64,000 nt of DNA. Origin: an uncultured archaeon. Lineage in GTDB: Archaea > Thermoplasmatota > Penumbrarchaeia > JASLWR01. Numbering within the stretch: position 1 is the first letter of the stretch; every line of letters begins with the position of its first letter. The stretch lies in NCBI GenBank assembly GCA_964342815.1, contig CAYFHS010000017.1:1-64000 (forward strand), given 5' to 3'. A program made the translations under genes and the position numbers. The notes under the pieces are model-generated. The model searched no databases and was not told the DNA's origin. It saw nothing but the letters and a program-made list of their open reading frames with translations. Shown piece after piece: positions 46,601-56,252 of the stretch.

Positions 46601-49600
46601 TATCGCCTTTTCCCGTTCACGGCACAGAACACTGGTATCTTTTATGCTCCAATTAAACTGGCGGACAAGGATGTGGAGGATTTTCTGGAATATATTGCTG
46701 TTACCACAGAAGGCGATATGACCATGACGGAACTGGAAGAAAGGATATTACAAGAACCCGAATTCCGAGATCAGGTGACAGACTACAAATTGAAATACAC
46801 CGATCAATTCTACGATTCCATGTTCTACAGGTGTTATATAGGCTACAGCGGTAAAGACCTCGGTGCAGGTGATCTCGGGGTACCCCTGCTTTCCCCCACG
46901 GGTGAATTCGCCTCGAACCAGTATTTTCAACCGATGCAGGGATGGAACATGAGCCATTTCAGGCTCGTGTACCGGACTACCTACTACACCCCCATGGATC
47001 CCCAAAACGCATCGTTCCCGGAAGATTTCACCGCCATGAACTCCGATGAAGCATACGAACTGTACGCCGAGCAAGGCGGATATCAGATATCCGGTCTCAG
47101 ACAGGGCGCCTTCTTTCTCAAATACTACCACGGTGCGCAGCTGGTGGGAAAATTGAGAGCGGAAGGGGAGGACGGAACACCCATGCCAGGGGTCCGAATA
47201 ACCGCAGTGGATGAATACGGTATTCTCCACGATGTATCAATCACGGATGAGAACGGTAATTACAATCTGACCCTTCCATTCGGAGAGGTTACGGTTGTGG
47301 CATCCAAGGACGGATACGACGAAGAAAACGAGCTCTTCTCAAAATTAATGGGAAATGAGAAAACTGTACTGAACCGAACGGTTTTGCAGATCACTGATGA
47401 CCAGGCAATGAGGCGCGGCAACTGGATCATTAAAAAAGACCTCACCATAAAAAGATCCTCCATTGATGGTAAAGTGTACTACGATGACAATGACGACGGT
47501 GAATATGATATTTTCGATACATTGGCTACAGAAGCGGTTGTGGAGATCGTATCTAAGGACGGTCGTGAAATAACCTACAATGACAGTCTGGAAAACGGTG
47601 AATTCAACATCACGAACGTGCTGCCCGCCGAATACGATATAAGGGTGATGACGGACGGTCATACGGTGAAGATCAAAGATCCGTTCTCGGTGGTACCAAA
47701 CGAAAATCAGCGGTTCAATGCTTTCACATTGCACCTTTTACTGCCAATGGGGAACATTTCCGGGAACATAACGTTCGATAACGGGACCCGGGCGCCTTCG
47801 ATACACGTGGAACTGAGAGATAATGAAAACGGTACCTTATATCATACCGACACGAACAAAACAGGCTTTTTTAATTTTGGTTCCCTTCTCCCGGGAAACT
47901 ACTCCCTGGTGGTAGACCATACCCTGTACAAGAGGCTCATGAAGGATATCGACCTCGAAGAGGGAGCTCTTTTCCAGCACAACTTTACCTTGACCGAGGT
48001 GGTTCCCGTATCCGGCGAAGTCTATTATGAAGGGATTGATGATAATAAGCAGCCGCTTCCGAACGCCAGAATACAGTTCATTGACGAGCTGTACCCGGAA
48101 AACATAATAGTGGTCACATCCGATAAAAACGGCCAATACCTTGCTAATCTATCTCTCGGGAACTACACTATATATGCTGATTATACGAAAGGTAATGAGC
48201 ACTACACTTGCTTGGAAGAAGCCGAGTTCCGTGCTGGTGTGGAATATTCTAAGGATATTGAGTTAAGCAGCTCAATAAAGATAATGGGTACTCTTGGCAT
48301 TCATGATGAGATCGATGTGGAGGAGGATAATTCAACAAAGGGGGTACTTGTCCGTTTCAGAGGAGAGTCCGGCAATTACTTCGCTCCCACCAACGACAGC
48401 AGCTATTTTTCGGTCTATCTGCCAGAAGGTGAATATCAGATATCCGCCGATCTTTTCCTAAAAGGGGATTATGGCGTAGCCGCAAAACACGTATCGGGAA
48501 CCGGAGGTGAAGAAATCACCATTGACCTCATCGCTAAGTGGGCTTATCCCGTTTACGGTTTCGTTTTCTGGGATAGAAACGGCGACATGAACTTGACCAT
48601 TGGGAACAGTACTATCGATATAATGCGGCTATCGGAACAGTTTAGGGAGACTGAACCGGAATTGGAAGAGAACGATGAGATCCCCGAGGAATTTGAAGAT
48701 TCCACAAGTTCCATCGCCGAAACTGACGACAGCGGTACAAGAGCGGACGAAAATGTGACCGAGGGTGAAGAAGAAACCCCATTCAGCGTGGATAACGTCA
48801 CCCTCCCCAATGCAACCAATGATACCGTGGAAGCACCGCCGTTATATGAGAACCTAACCCCTGCACACGTGGAATTCCGGCAAGGAGAGAATGTCTTTAC
48901 TGCCGATACTAACCAAAGCGGGTTTTTCACACGCTTACTCCCTCTGGGAGATTATGTAATGCGGATTGAAACAGATGAAATTTCTCTGTATGAAACCACC
49001 GTAACCGTGTTTGACGGGAAAGATGACGTAATACAGCCTCCGATACGACCAAAAAATGTCACCTTCGACATATTCCTGGGAGTTGATCGGGACCTTGACG
49101 GGCAGCTTAAGGAAGACGAGCTCCTGAAGAGCTACGAACTGGAGTTTTCAGGCACAACTCCGGCTGCCGTGAATGCCACGTACAACTTCAGGCAGGGAAA
49201 TCCCAAGAAAGGGGCACTGGTACCAGGCGAATATAAAGTAAAATATCTGAAAGAATTCATACTGTCCGGGACTGATGTCCGCCAGGAGATGGAAACCAAC
49301 ATAACCCTGCATCTGGGTGAGAGTGATCGGCAGCTTATCTTCCTCGTGGATGAAACGGTACGCTTCTCTGGGAAGGCTAAGACTGAAACTGACAGCCCTG
49401 CAGACAACGCGACCCTGACCCTGAGATCCATACACTTCAACACCACCACCGAGGTAAATTGTGACAAGCAGGGGAATTTCGATGAAAATGTTCCCTTCGG
49501 AATGTATTTCGTAAGAACCAGTATCATTGAGGGCTCTTCGAACTTCCTCTTCAGGAAGATCATGGACATCTCCCCTGGAAACAGCCCATTCTCCATCATT

Positions 49601-51880
49601 CTGAAAAAAGCTCGTCCCTTCAACATAACGGTCTATTTCGACATTAATCAGGACGGCGGATTCCAGGGTGCTGAAAAACTGCTCAGCGTTCCCGTTAGCA
49701 TATCCGCTGATATCACATCCACTCACACAACGGATTACAACGGCTTCATCAGCACATCGCTTTTACCCGGTAAGACCTACAACATATCCATAGATCACCT
49801 GACATCCGACTCTTCTTTTAAGTATACCGCGAAACTGGTAATTGTAATGCCTGACGAACCTTACGAGATCTATCTTCCGGTAACGAAATACATCAAGGTG
49901 AAAGGGAAGACATTCTGGGACAAAGATGCGGATAATACCTTCGATACGGGAGAGGAGATTGCTGATGCAGATATCAGCGTAAGCCCCGTGGGAAGTCCTG
50001 GAGACTACACCGCCCGTTCGAATGCAGACGGCCAGTGGAACGTTTTCCTGCCCATTTACCTTGACAATAAACGGGAATATCAGTTCTCGACAAGCTCGGA
50101 AAGTTTCATACCGGATATTTTCTCAAGGGAAGTATCCTTGGACAATAAAACATTCGACATTGCTTTGGGGCCCCGTAAACTCGAATATCACGGTACCGTC
50201 TTCATGGATATATATCGAAATGACACAATGGATCCCGACGAGCTACCAGCACCTCTTAATACCATTATCAAATTTACCACGAATTCCAAGACAGGTCGAA
50301 ATACAAACGCCACCACTGATGTTAATGGTTATTATTCCACGGAATTATACCCGGGAGAATATTTCGTTGAGATACTCTCCATCGATGATGACGTTATATA
50401 TATCTATGAAGCCGAGGAAACGGTCGCCCTTGGTGAGGACAAACTCTATTCCATTCCCATGGACCCGGGAGCGAACGTCTACGGGGCTGTGAAATATACG
50501 GACACCGATCTGGTCGAACACAGGGAAATCGATTCTCAGGATAACAACATTACAATAAAGGGTGTAGGAAACGATATCGAAAGGGAACTCACATTCCAGG
50601 ATGGTTTTTACGAGACCTATCTGCCCTTTGGAGAGTATAAAATCGAAATGAAGGGTTATACCAGCAATGAATATGGAATGGAAATGGTATACGAGTATCC
50701 CGAAACCGATCATTATGTGGATTTCAATCCCTTTATCCTGGATTTCACCCTGTCAAAGGTGTACGATCGAACGCTGGAGCTGTCTATCCGGGAAGTGGTT
50801 GGAGAGGAGAATTTCGAAAAAACCGTCAATCAGGGAGAGACCGTTGAGCTTCATTTGAATGTTGAGAACAAGGGAAACGTAAAGCAGGAAGTTACACTCA
50901 ACGGGAAGGATCTACCCGAGGGGTGGTCCACCGATATCACGCCAAGAGAACAAGAACTGGATATTGGCGAATCTTTCGAAGCGAAGATTGTCGTACGAAC
51001 CTCATTCGATTCATTCCGGCTCAATGAATTCAAAATCGAAGCAAAGAATGAGGCAGGGGATACCGAAGAAATAACTTTGAACATAAACACCCACCCGAAA
51101 TACGACGTCGAAATATTTTCCCAGGACTTGCTCGCCAGGGGTTTTCGATCCAACGAGACAAAAAGATTCAACATAACCGTGATGAACAAGGGAAATGCTG
51201 CGGACGAGATAAAATTCTATCTCAAGCAGGATGCATCCCCGCTCTGGAATATAACGATGCAGGATGAGCCGCTCAATACCACTGGGATCCTTCACAGTTA
51301 TGAGCAGGACGACGTTTACAAGAACGTATCGTTCAAGATAACCGCTCCAAACCTTACCAAAAGCAGCGCAACCTTCAATATAGGAGTGGCCGGATTGGGT
51401 ATCAAGGAGAAAATAATAACCGTAAATGCTGTTATTGCAACTCCTGACATCAGCATTGCCGACATAAGCTTTGCAAACCTTGATATGGCTGACGAGGATA
51501 AGAACGTCACCATGTATGTCACAATTCACTGCGACCAGGCCGATGTTGGTAAATTCGATTTTAATGTATATCTCGACGATGAGAAGGTAGATGAGCTTTC
51601 AGATAACATAGAAGGAATTCTACAGGACGACGATCACAAACTGGTGTTCGACTGGAACCTCTCGGACAAGTTGGGGAAACACAAACTTGAGATTAAGGTT
51701 GACGAGGATGACCAGATCCGTGAGAGGGATGACATCACTAACAACAACAGAGAGATAACAATTCATGTGGGCCCGGACGAATCAGAGGGATTCAACTGGC
51801 GTATAGTAATAGCCATATTCGTGGTCGTTATCTTGATCATCGTTGCCATGGTGGTTTGGAAGAAAAAGCAGATAGTGTAA
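43649..51880 (+). CDS. aglB: Giant AglB/STT3 oligosaccharyltransferase fused to a very large extracellular beta-repeat region and a C-terminal TM anchor
   Basis: AGGTG RBS before ATG 43649; DPYYH, FSDHD, TIAE, SWWDYG, DNFQ; carboxypeptidase-regulatory-like and CARDB-like repeats; terminal TM + KKK. Confidence 0.92.
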   Translation: MVKEIPRTKKWEKTLSSASGKKAEKESLVTKFKTYFGIGAYEGKDTWFSRNWWLLLALAGIFLVGMFLRSYFYFPMAQDVGFSGNDPYYHKRVVDYIQQSHSHLIEDNMLNYPVGGANPRPPFYNWFVAVFGIILSPLFGFNVKLATESIMYLAPSFWGALTVFPVYFLAKDMFGKKAGVISAFLMAFMPSHIERSPSGFSDHDSIVVFFVVLSIFLLFRAYRTLKHEDWVKDWRSTNSIYKGFSTFFRKNKVSLYYSLLSGVSLATIALTWKGFPYALVIIIIYYMLQLLFDRFRHVDSTGVFICTFLALFSALAISFPYYYVLSFGTWATPVYFLAAVVVIGVLLIPTRDYPWIIVLPLGVIVSLVGYLFLSIIAPAAAEALITGQGYFVKTKLYSTIAEAQPPAFSKLIVSYAMIVFFLAVIGIVKAAFQVPKHWKREFVFIVVWAIVAVYMAMSAARFMFNATPVIAIVAGWVLYDLIQKINLKSKILIFYTLMLGLSLLLLGWWGINHGFGYKYTLFVFMAAIAMAAIPIIVAVYDNYDKRPAIMIMVAMCAIWTVAVIVMIILDENLKWDNFGTVMLDNINIWYFGLAALGIMVLPILIFITKRTFAILHIILITSATFLIIGLKDTGSFDSLFTWKPMVVAVGYSIIPCGILLFNIYFLFSDKSYRKETGRKVLFVGLELWVLSFFFDPQIYTGLAAFALFVINLYLLTPYRKTFKHKTKPMHVIITLFIVFIVIFPTCWFAIDASLPYEKKFEMNNRVARSIPDFIKSDTASNNKYFGAFGHGFTSEYWRNAFDWLSKQDVDRPPEERPGFVSWWDYGFWCAYLGQHPTAADNFQYGYQFAGSFIASQNESEAVGLMVARTIEGGIKDPKMKEEISDILDSDKYFGPEKKFKSNIDSSDLSASEKIFEMLLYPEEYIEEIKNNPEKYGKYLQLLYGNARYASVRGMLMPLGEDKIIDLMADIEGITDKCIRYFAVDYRLFPFTAQNTGIFYAPIKLADKDVEDFLEYIAVTTEGDMTMTELEERILQEPEFRDQVTDYKLKYTDQFYDSMFYRCYIGYSGKDLGAGDLGVPLLSPTGEFASNQYFQPMQGWNMSHFRLVYRTTYYTPMDPQNASFPEDFTAMNSDEAYELYAEQGGYQISGLRQGAFFLKYYHGAQLVGKLRAEGEDGTPMPGVRITAVDEYGILHDVSITDENGNYNLTLPFGEVTVVASKDGYDEENELFSKLMGNEKTVLNRTVLQITDDQAMRRGNWIIKKDLTIKRSSIDGKVYYDDNDDGEYDIFDTLATEAVVEIVSKDGREITYNDSLENGEFNITNVLPAEYDIRVMTDGHTVKIKDPFSVVPNENQRFNAFTLHLLLPMGNISGNITFDNGTRAPSIHVELRDNENGTLYHTDTNKTGFFNFGSLLPGNYSLVVDHTLYKRLMKDIDLEEGALFQHNFTLTEVVPVSGEVYYEGIDDNKQPLPNARIQFIDELYPENIIVVTSDKNGQYLANLSLGNYTIYADYTKGNEHYTCLEEAEFRAGVEYSKDIELSSSIKIMGTLGIHDEIDVEEDNSTKGVLVRFRGESGNYFAPTNDSSYFSVYLPEGEYQISADLFLKGDYGVAAKHVSGTGGEEITIDLIAKWAYPVYGFVFWDRNGDMNLTIGNSTIDIMRLSEQFRETEPELEENDEIPEEFEDSTSSIAETDDSGTRADENVTEGEEETPFSVDNVTLPNATNDTVEAPPLYENLTPAHVEFRQGENVFTADTNQSGFFTRLLPLGDYVMRIETDEISLYETTVTVFDGKDDVIQPPIRPKNVTFDIFLGVDRDLDGQLKEDELLKSYELEFSGTTPAAVNATYNFRQGNPKKGALVPGEYKVKYLKEFILSGTDVRQEMETNITLHLGESDRQLIFLVDETVRFSGKAKTETDSPADNATLTLRSIHFNTTTEVNCDKQGNFDENVPFGMYFVRTSIIEGSSNFLFRKIMDISPGNSPFSIILKKARPFNITVYFDINQDGGFQGAEKLLSVPVSISADITSTHTTDYNGFISTSLLPGKTYNISIDHLTSDSSFKYTAKLVIVMPDEPYEIYLPVTKYIKVKGKTFWDKDADNTFDTGEEIADADISVSPVGSPGDYTARSNADGQWNVFLPIYLDNKREYQFSTSSESFIPDIFSREVSLDNKTFDIALGPRKLEYHGTVFMDIYRNDTMDPDELPAPLNTIIKFTTNSKTGRNTNATTDVNGYYSTELYPGEYFVEILSIDDDVIYIYEAEETVALGEDKLYSIPMDPGANVYGAVKYTDTDLVEHREIDSQDNNITIKGVGNDIERELTFQDGFYETYLPFGEYKIEMKGYTSNEYGMEMVYEYPETDHYVDFNPFILDFTLSKVYDRTLELSIREVVGEENFEKTVNQGETVELHLNVENKGNVKQEVTLNGKDLPEGWSTDITPREQELDIGESFEAKIVVRTSFDSFRLNEFKIEAKNEAGDTEEITLNINTHPKYDVEIFSQDLLARGFRSNETKRFNITVMNKGNAADEIKFYLKQDASPLWNITMQDEPLNTTGILHSYEQDDVYKNVSFKITAPNLTKSSATFNIGVAGLGIKEKIITVNAVIATPDISIADISFANLDMADEDKNVTMYVTIHCDQADVGKFDFNVYLDDEKVDELSDNIEGILQDDDHKLVFDWNLSDKLGKHKLEIKVDEDDQIRERDDITNNNREITIHVGPDESEGFNWRIVIAIFVVVILIIVAMVVWKKKQIV

Positions 51881-51894
51881 AAAAAGGTGGACCC

Positions 51895-52170
51895 ATGAAA
51901 GTTTATCTGAGATCCTACAAGATACCCACGGTGCTTATAATCATGGGAGCTCTAATGTGTATCGCTGCAAGCCTTACGATTGCGGAGCATTATATTGGCG
52001 AACTGTTCTGGTTCGGTTCCATATGTCTCGCACTGGGTATACTTGGATGGTTATCGGTGCAGCTGGGGAACTTCTTGTCCAGGCGAAGACTGAGGGTAAA
52101 AGCCATGGAGAAAGCCAAAGCGAAACCTGCCGTCAAGACTGCATCGAGAACCCGGAAATATCCTTTTTAG
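51895..52170 (+). CDS. Small two-TM membrane protein
   Basis: AAGGTGG RBS before ATG 51895; two hydrophobic helices and a basic tail. Confidence 0.7.
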   Translation: MKVYLRSYKIPTVLIIMGALMCIAASLTIAEHYIGELFWFGSICLALGILGWLSVQLGNFLSRRRLRVKAMEKAKAKPAVKTASRTRKYPF

Positions 52171-52171
52171 C

Positions 52172-54697
52172 CTAAAGGTCCTTCCACTGGCTCCTGATTA
52201 TCTCGACCCGTTTCCTGGCACCAACCTTTTCGAAACATTCCAGGGCTTTCTTCATGCAGGGTTTGGCACTTTTCCGATCACCCTTGTCCATGTACATCAT
52301 GCCGTACTCGTAATTTGCATAACCCATCTCGAAGGGGGTGTCCAATTCCGATAGTATGGAAATGCTCTTTTCGAAATATTCAACTGCTCGGTCCCAGTCC
52401 GATTTTAACCGATATATGGTCCCATAGTTCCGGTAGATGGCAGATATACCCACCTTGTCTTTCAGTGGTTCGAGTAATTCCAGTGCGGAGTCATTCTTCT
52501 CCAATGCCTTGTTGAAGTCCCCCGTGTTGGCATAGCATTCCGCCTGGTTGAAAGATGACCATCCCATCATGTACTTGCTTCCGATCTTTCTCGAGGTGTC
52601 CTCCGACCTTTTACAGTACATTATGGCCTTTTCCCAATCCTCTCTCTGGATGTATATGTCACCGAGATTATTGTAAGCCCGCCCCATTTCTCTCAGATCC
52701 CCTTGCTCACCAAGCGTCTCGATGCTCTTTTCATAGTATTCCACAGCCCTCAGCCAATCTCCCTGGCTGTTATACACGTTCCCCAGTTCTATAAACAGAA
52801 CCCCTCCAACTGCCGGGTCGTTGATCTTTTCAATATTATCGATACTTTCCTTGTAATGGGATATGGCATCGTCATACTCGCCTTTCCTCCAGTGAATATA
52901 ACCCAGACCGCGGTTCGCCTCAGCTATACCGCCAAGATCCCCGGTCCCGGACGCAATATCCAGGGCCTCGTCATAATACTTGACAGCCTCATCCCAGTCT
53001 GCCTGATATCTCTTGATATAGCCAAGTTCACGATACGCTTCGGCTCTTCGTTCATCCCACCAACTTTCCTTGAGCATCTCACTTGGGAAGAATCCCAGTT
53101 CACGCGGTTCGGAGGCACTGGCGCTTATCTCGTGTTTCGCTTCCTCTAGCTGCACCAGGGTCTTTTTGTGATATTCTTCTGCCATCTGCCATTTCCCAAT
53201 TATCTGACAAATCCTGCCGAGTCGGCCGAATACGGTAATCATCCGCTGCCGGTTATCCAAACTTCCATCCAACTCAGAAAGAGCCTTGAAAGCCAGATCA
53301 TAATATTTTTCAGCCTCCGCGAGAGCATATAACGATTCCGCGGTCTTTCCGGCACTTATCAAATAGGGGGCAGCCTTTGCGTAATCCTTTCCCCGGTAGA
53401 AATGTCGGGCCAGATCATAGATGTCCAGAGCAGTCTTGTCTTCGTAGAGATTTTCAATAATTTCGGCGATCTTCCTGTGAACTACGCGTCTTCTGCTCCT
53501 GCTGAGGTCCGCACAGGCTACATCGTTTATGATTGTATTATCGAATTTGTAAGTCTCCTCTTCAGATTCCATATCCTCGTGAATCAACCGGGCTCCCACC
53601 AGATCGTCCAGACAATCCAACAACCTCTCCTCGTCAATTCCCATAAGTCTGAATAATACCCGATAGTCGAAGACACGACCGATAAGCGCAGCATAACGAA
53701 GTACCTTTATGGCATCCTTTTCCAGCCGATTGATCCTCCTTATTATCACATCCTTTATGGTCTCGGGTACCCGAACCTGGGACGTATCTATCGTCCGATA
53801 CCAATCCTTATCAGCAAGGTCCACAATTTTTTCTTCCATAAACGAGCGAAGAACCTCTTCCACGAAATACGGATTACCTTCGGTGGTTTCGTATATGTGG
53901 TTGATAAAACCCTGGGGCAGACCTCTTCGTCCGAATATTAGTGAGATCATTTTTTCAACATCATGCCGCTCCAGTCTTCTCAGGGAGATCTTGCTCATCA
54001 ATTTTTCCCGTTTCATCCTGTGCAGAATCTCAATCAGAGGATGTGCTTTGCCCCCGACCTTTTGCAGCTCCTCGGGACGATAAGCCCCGATGATCAGTAC
54101 CCCTGCATTCTTCGTATGCCGAGCAAGATACTGGATCAGGTGCAATGAGGGATTGTCGGCCCAGTGGATGTCATCCAGAAAAAGGATCAAAGGTTTCTCT
54201 GAGGCAATATTGATAAGTAACTGGGTGGTATTTTCGAACATTTGGTCTCTTTCCTGGCGAAGATGATCAAGGTCTATTATCTTGGTACTGCCAACTGCAG
54301 GGGTGGGAAGGTAGGGTTGATTCAAATCGTCAAGATCCTCAACCCGCATTAGAAGAGTAGGGGTGACATCGTACCAACCGGAAGACTGTTCATAGTAGCC
54401 TTTCAGAGCGTCCATGAACGGCAGGTAGGGATCCCCGCTGCCGTGATGCATGCATCGGCTGGTTAGATACCTTATCTCTGCATTTGATTCTTCGATCCAT
54501 CTGTGGATCTCCTCCACCAATCGGGATTTGCCGATACCAATCTCCCCTTCTATCAATAACAAGTTACCCTTACGTTTCATTGCTCCCTTGACCAAACCCT
54601 GTAATATCGCCACATCATTTTCACGATTGACGAAAGGTGTTTTGAACTCACCATCACCGATGATCGTTTTATTCCCTCCTTTGATTTTTTTTCTCAA
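52172..54697 (-). CDS. STAND-type (AAA_16-like) NTPase with C-terminal TPR array
   Basis: FVNRENDV, Walker A GEIGIGKSRL, Walker B LILFLDDIHWAD, GAYR, TEGNPYFVEE; about 8 TPRs. Confidence 0.9.
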   Translation of the reverse strand: MRKKIKGGNKTIIGDGEFKTPFVNRENDVAILQGLVKGAMKRKGNLLLIEGEIGIGKSRLVEEIHRWIEESNAEIRYLTSRCMHHGSGDPYLPFMDALKGYYEQSSGWYDVTPTLLMRVEDLDDLNQPYLPTPAVGSTKIIDLDHLRQERDQMFENTTQLLINIASEKPLILFLDDIHWADNPSLHLIQYLARHTKNAGVLIIGAYRPEELQKVGGKAHPLIEILHRMKREKLMSKISLRRLERHDVEKMISLIFGRRGLPQGFINHIYETTEGNPYFVEEVLRSFMEEKIVDLADKDWYRTIDTSQVRVPETIKDVIIRRINRLEKDAIKVLRYAALIGRVFDYRVLFRLMGIDEERLLDCLDDLVGARLIHEDMESEEETYKFDNTIINDVACADLSRSRRRVVHRKIAEIIENLYEDKTALDIYDLARHFYRGKDYAKAAPYLISAGKTAESLYALAEAEKYYDLAFKALSELDGSLDNRQRMITVFGRLGRICQIIGKWQMAEEYHKKTLVQLEEAKHEISASASEPRELGFFPSEMLKESWWDERRAEAYRELGYIKRYQADWDEAVKYYDEALDIASGTGDLGGIAEANRGLGYIHWRKGEYDDAISHYKESIDNIEKINDPAVGGVLFIELGNVYNSQGDWLRAVEYYEKSIETLGEQGDLREMGRAYNNLGDIYIQREDWEKAIMYCKRSEDTSRKIGSKYMMGWSSFNQAECYANTGDFNKALEKNDSALELLEPLKDKVGISAIYRNYGTIYRLKSDWDRAVEYFEKSISILSELDTPFEMGYANYEYGMMYMDKGDRKSAKPCMKKALECFEKVGARKRVEIIRSQWKDL

Positions 54698-54858
54698 TGA
54701 TATTAATTCTATTTAATAATATAATTCTTTGTATTCATTTTCGCCCGAACAGTTTTCCTAGAACAAAGAGCGATAGAGTAGAAAGAGTATAGTAATTGGT
54801 ATCGTAAGAATACGATGAACCAATGTGTCCGTACCGAGATTCAGGAAATCCATTATAA

Positions 54859-54900
54859 GGACGGAAAGGAGCGCACCCTGGAGAGTGCGCTCCACCGTCC
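54859..54900. other. Strong GC-rich stem-loop downstream of dnaG
   Basis: GGACGG-AAA-GGAGCGCAC / GTGCGCTCC-A-CCGTCC. Confidence 0.6.
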
Positions 54901-54980
54901 GAACTAAATTCCCTTCCCAATTCATTGAGCTGGTCACAATACTGGTCCTAGTCAGTACCGCTTCAGGGTATACCTTGATC

Positions 54981-56252
54981 TTATAGCAGATCTTTCTTGG
55001 TAAGTACGGTCACGTCGGTAGGTTTTTTATCGATATTCCCCCCCAGTTTGACCCCTATTAGGTTTGCTATCTTATTGGTGGTAGCAATTTCAAGAAGTCT
55101 GGGAGTGATTACACCGTCGAATATCACGGTGTGAACACCCTTCACCTTCGATTTCAGAGTGGCGGCCAATTCCTTGACCTGAACCTCAGAAATCTCTTTG
55201 GCATTCTTATCGAGAAGCTTTGCCTTTAATTTTCCAGAAAGGTCGTTCAGTATCGTCTTAAATGTTTGGTGGTCATTAGAAAGGCTTTTGGAAACACTTC
55301 TACTCCTCTCAGTCCTAGCGGACTCGCGTTTCGTCTTCTTGGACGATTTATATCGTGGCGAAGGGCTTTGAGCCGATTCCTTGGTGCTTCTCTTTGATTT
55401 ATTTCCATTCTTATGTGAAACCACTGGATACATCTCTATGAACTGCTCTGCGGGAACTTTGTTGCGAAGCGCCTTGATTATCTGTTTTTGGGTAAGCTCC
55501 TCAACTTCCTTCGCCCTGGGAGCTCTTGCGATAAAATCCACTTCTGCGACCTGAAGCAGCTCCTTGAGTATCAATTCACCGCCCCGGTCACCGTCTGTGA
55601 AAGCGGTCACGATTCTTTCTTTGGTCAGATCCCTCACCGTGGTGGGAATATTTGTTCCACCCACAGCGATTGAGTTCTTAATACCATACTTTAAAAGATT
55701 CAGAACGTCACTGCGCCCTTCGACGACTATGACGGCATCGGAAGTCTCGATATTGGGTCCACCGGGACACTTGTCCGGACCGTACAGTGAGATCTCCTCC
55801 ACCTGAACAGCCTGCCTCACAGTCTCTGTGAGATTTGCTCCAGATGTTTTCGATTCCTTCATCATCTTGCGAAGCAGTTCCTTGGCCCTGTCGATAATTT
55901 TCAATTTCTTCTCTGATCTCACATCGTTCACGGATGAAACGGTAATTGTGGCCTTGCAGGGACCGACTCGATCGATACTTTCCAGTGCTGAAGCCAGTAT
56001 GGCCGTCTCCACCTGATCGAGACTTGATGGTAAGCTAATTATTCCATCGCTCTTTCCCTTGGTTGAATGCATCTCCACTTCGATTCTCCCCATCCGTCCA
56101 GTTTTTTGCAGTTCTCTAAGATCGAGCTCATCTCCTATCAGCCCGTCGGTTTGACCAAATATCGCACCCACCACATCAGGTTTTTCTACAACACCCTCCG
56201 CTTTTATCTTTGCGACTATCAAATATTTTGTTGTGCTTGGATCAATTGTCAT
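54981..56252 (-). CDS. dnaG: Archaeal DnaG (TOPRIM primase-like, exosome-associated)
   Basis: GVVEKPDVVGAIFGQTDGL.G.ELDLRELQKTGR.GRI, VVEGRSDV, TDGDRGG; GAGGAG RBS. Confidence 0.95.
   Translation of the reverse strand: MTIDPSTTKYLIVAKIKAEGVVEKPDVVGAIFGQTDGLIGDELDLRELQKTGRMGRIEVEMHSTKGKSDGIISLPSSLDQVETAILASALESIDRVGPCKATITVSSVNDVRSEKKLKIIDRAKELLRKMMKESKTSGANLTETVRQAVQVEEISLYGPDKCPGGPNIETSDAVIVVEGRSDVLNLLKYGIKNSIAVGGTNIPTTVRDLTKERIVTAFTDGDRGGELILKELLQVAEVDFIARAPRAKEVEELTQKQIIKALRNKVPAEQFIEMYPVVSHKNGNKSKRSTKESAQSPSPRYKSSKKTKRESARTERSRSVSKSLSNDHQTFKTILNDLSGKLKAKLLDKNAKEISEVQVKELAATLKSKVKGVHTVIFDGVITPRLLEIATTNKIANLIGVKLGGNIDKKPTDVTVLTKKDLL

Noticed and set aside
54859-54900. Archaeal SECIS (GAA/A loop) reading of the hairpin
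   Set aside because: The motif is on the + strand, where no gene lies upstream; the upper stem is too long; no UGA-containing selenoprotein ORF was found
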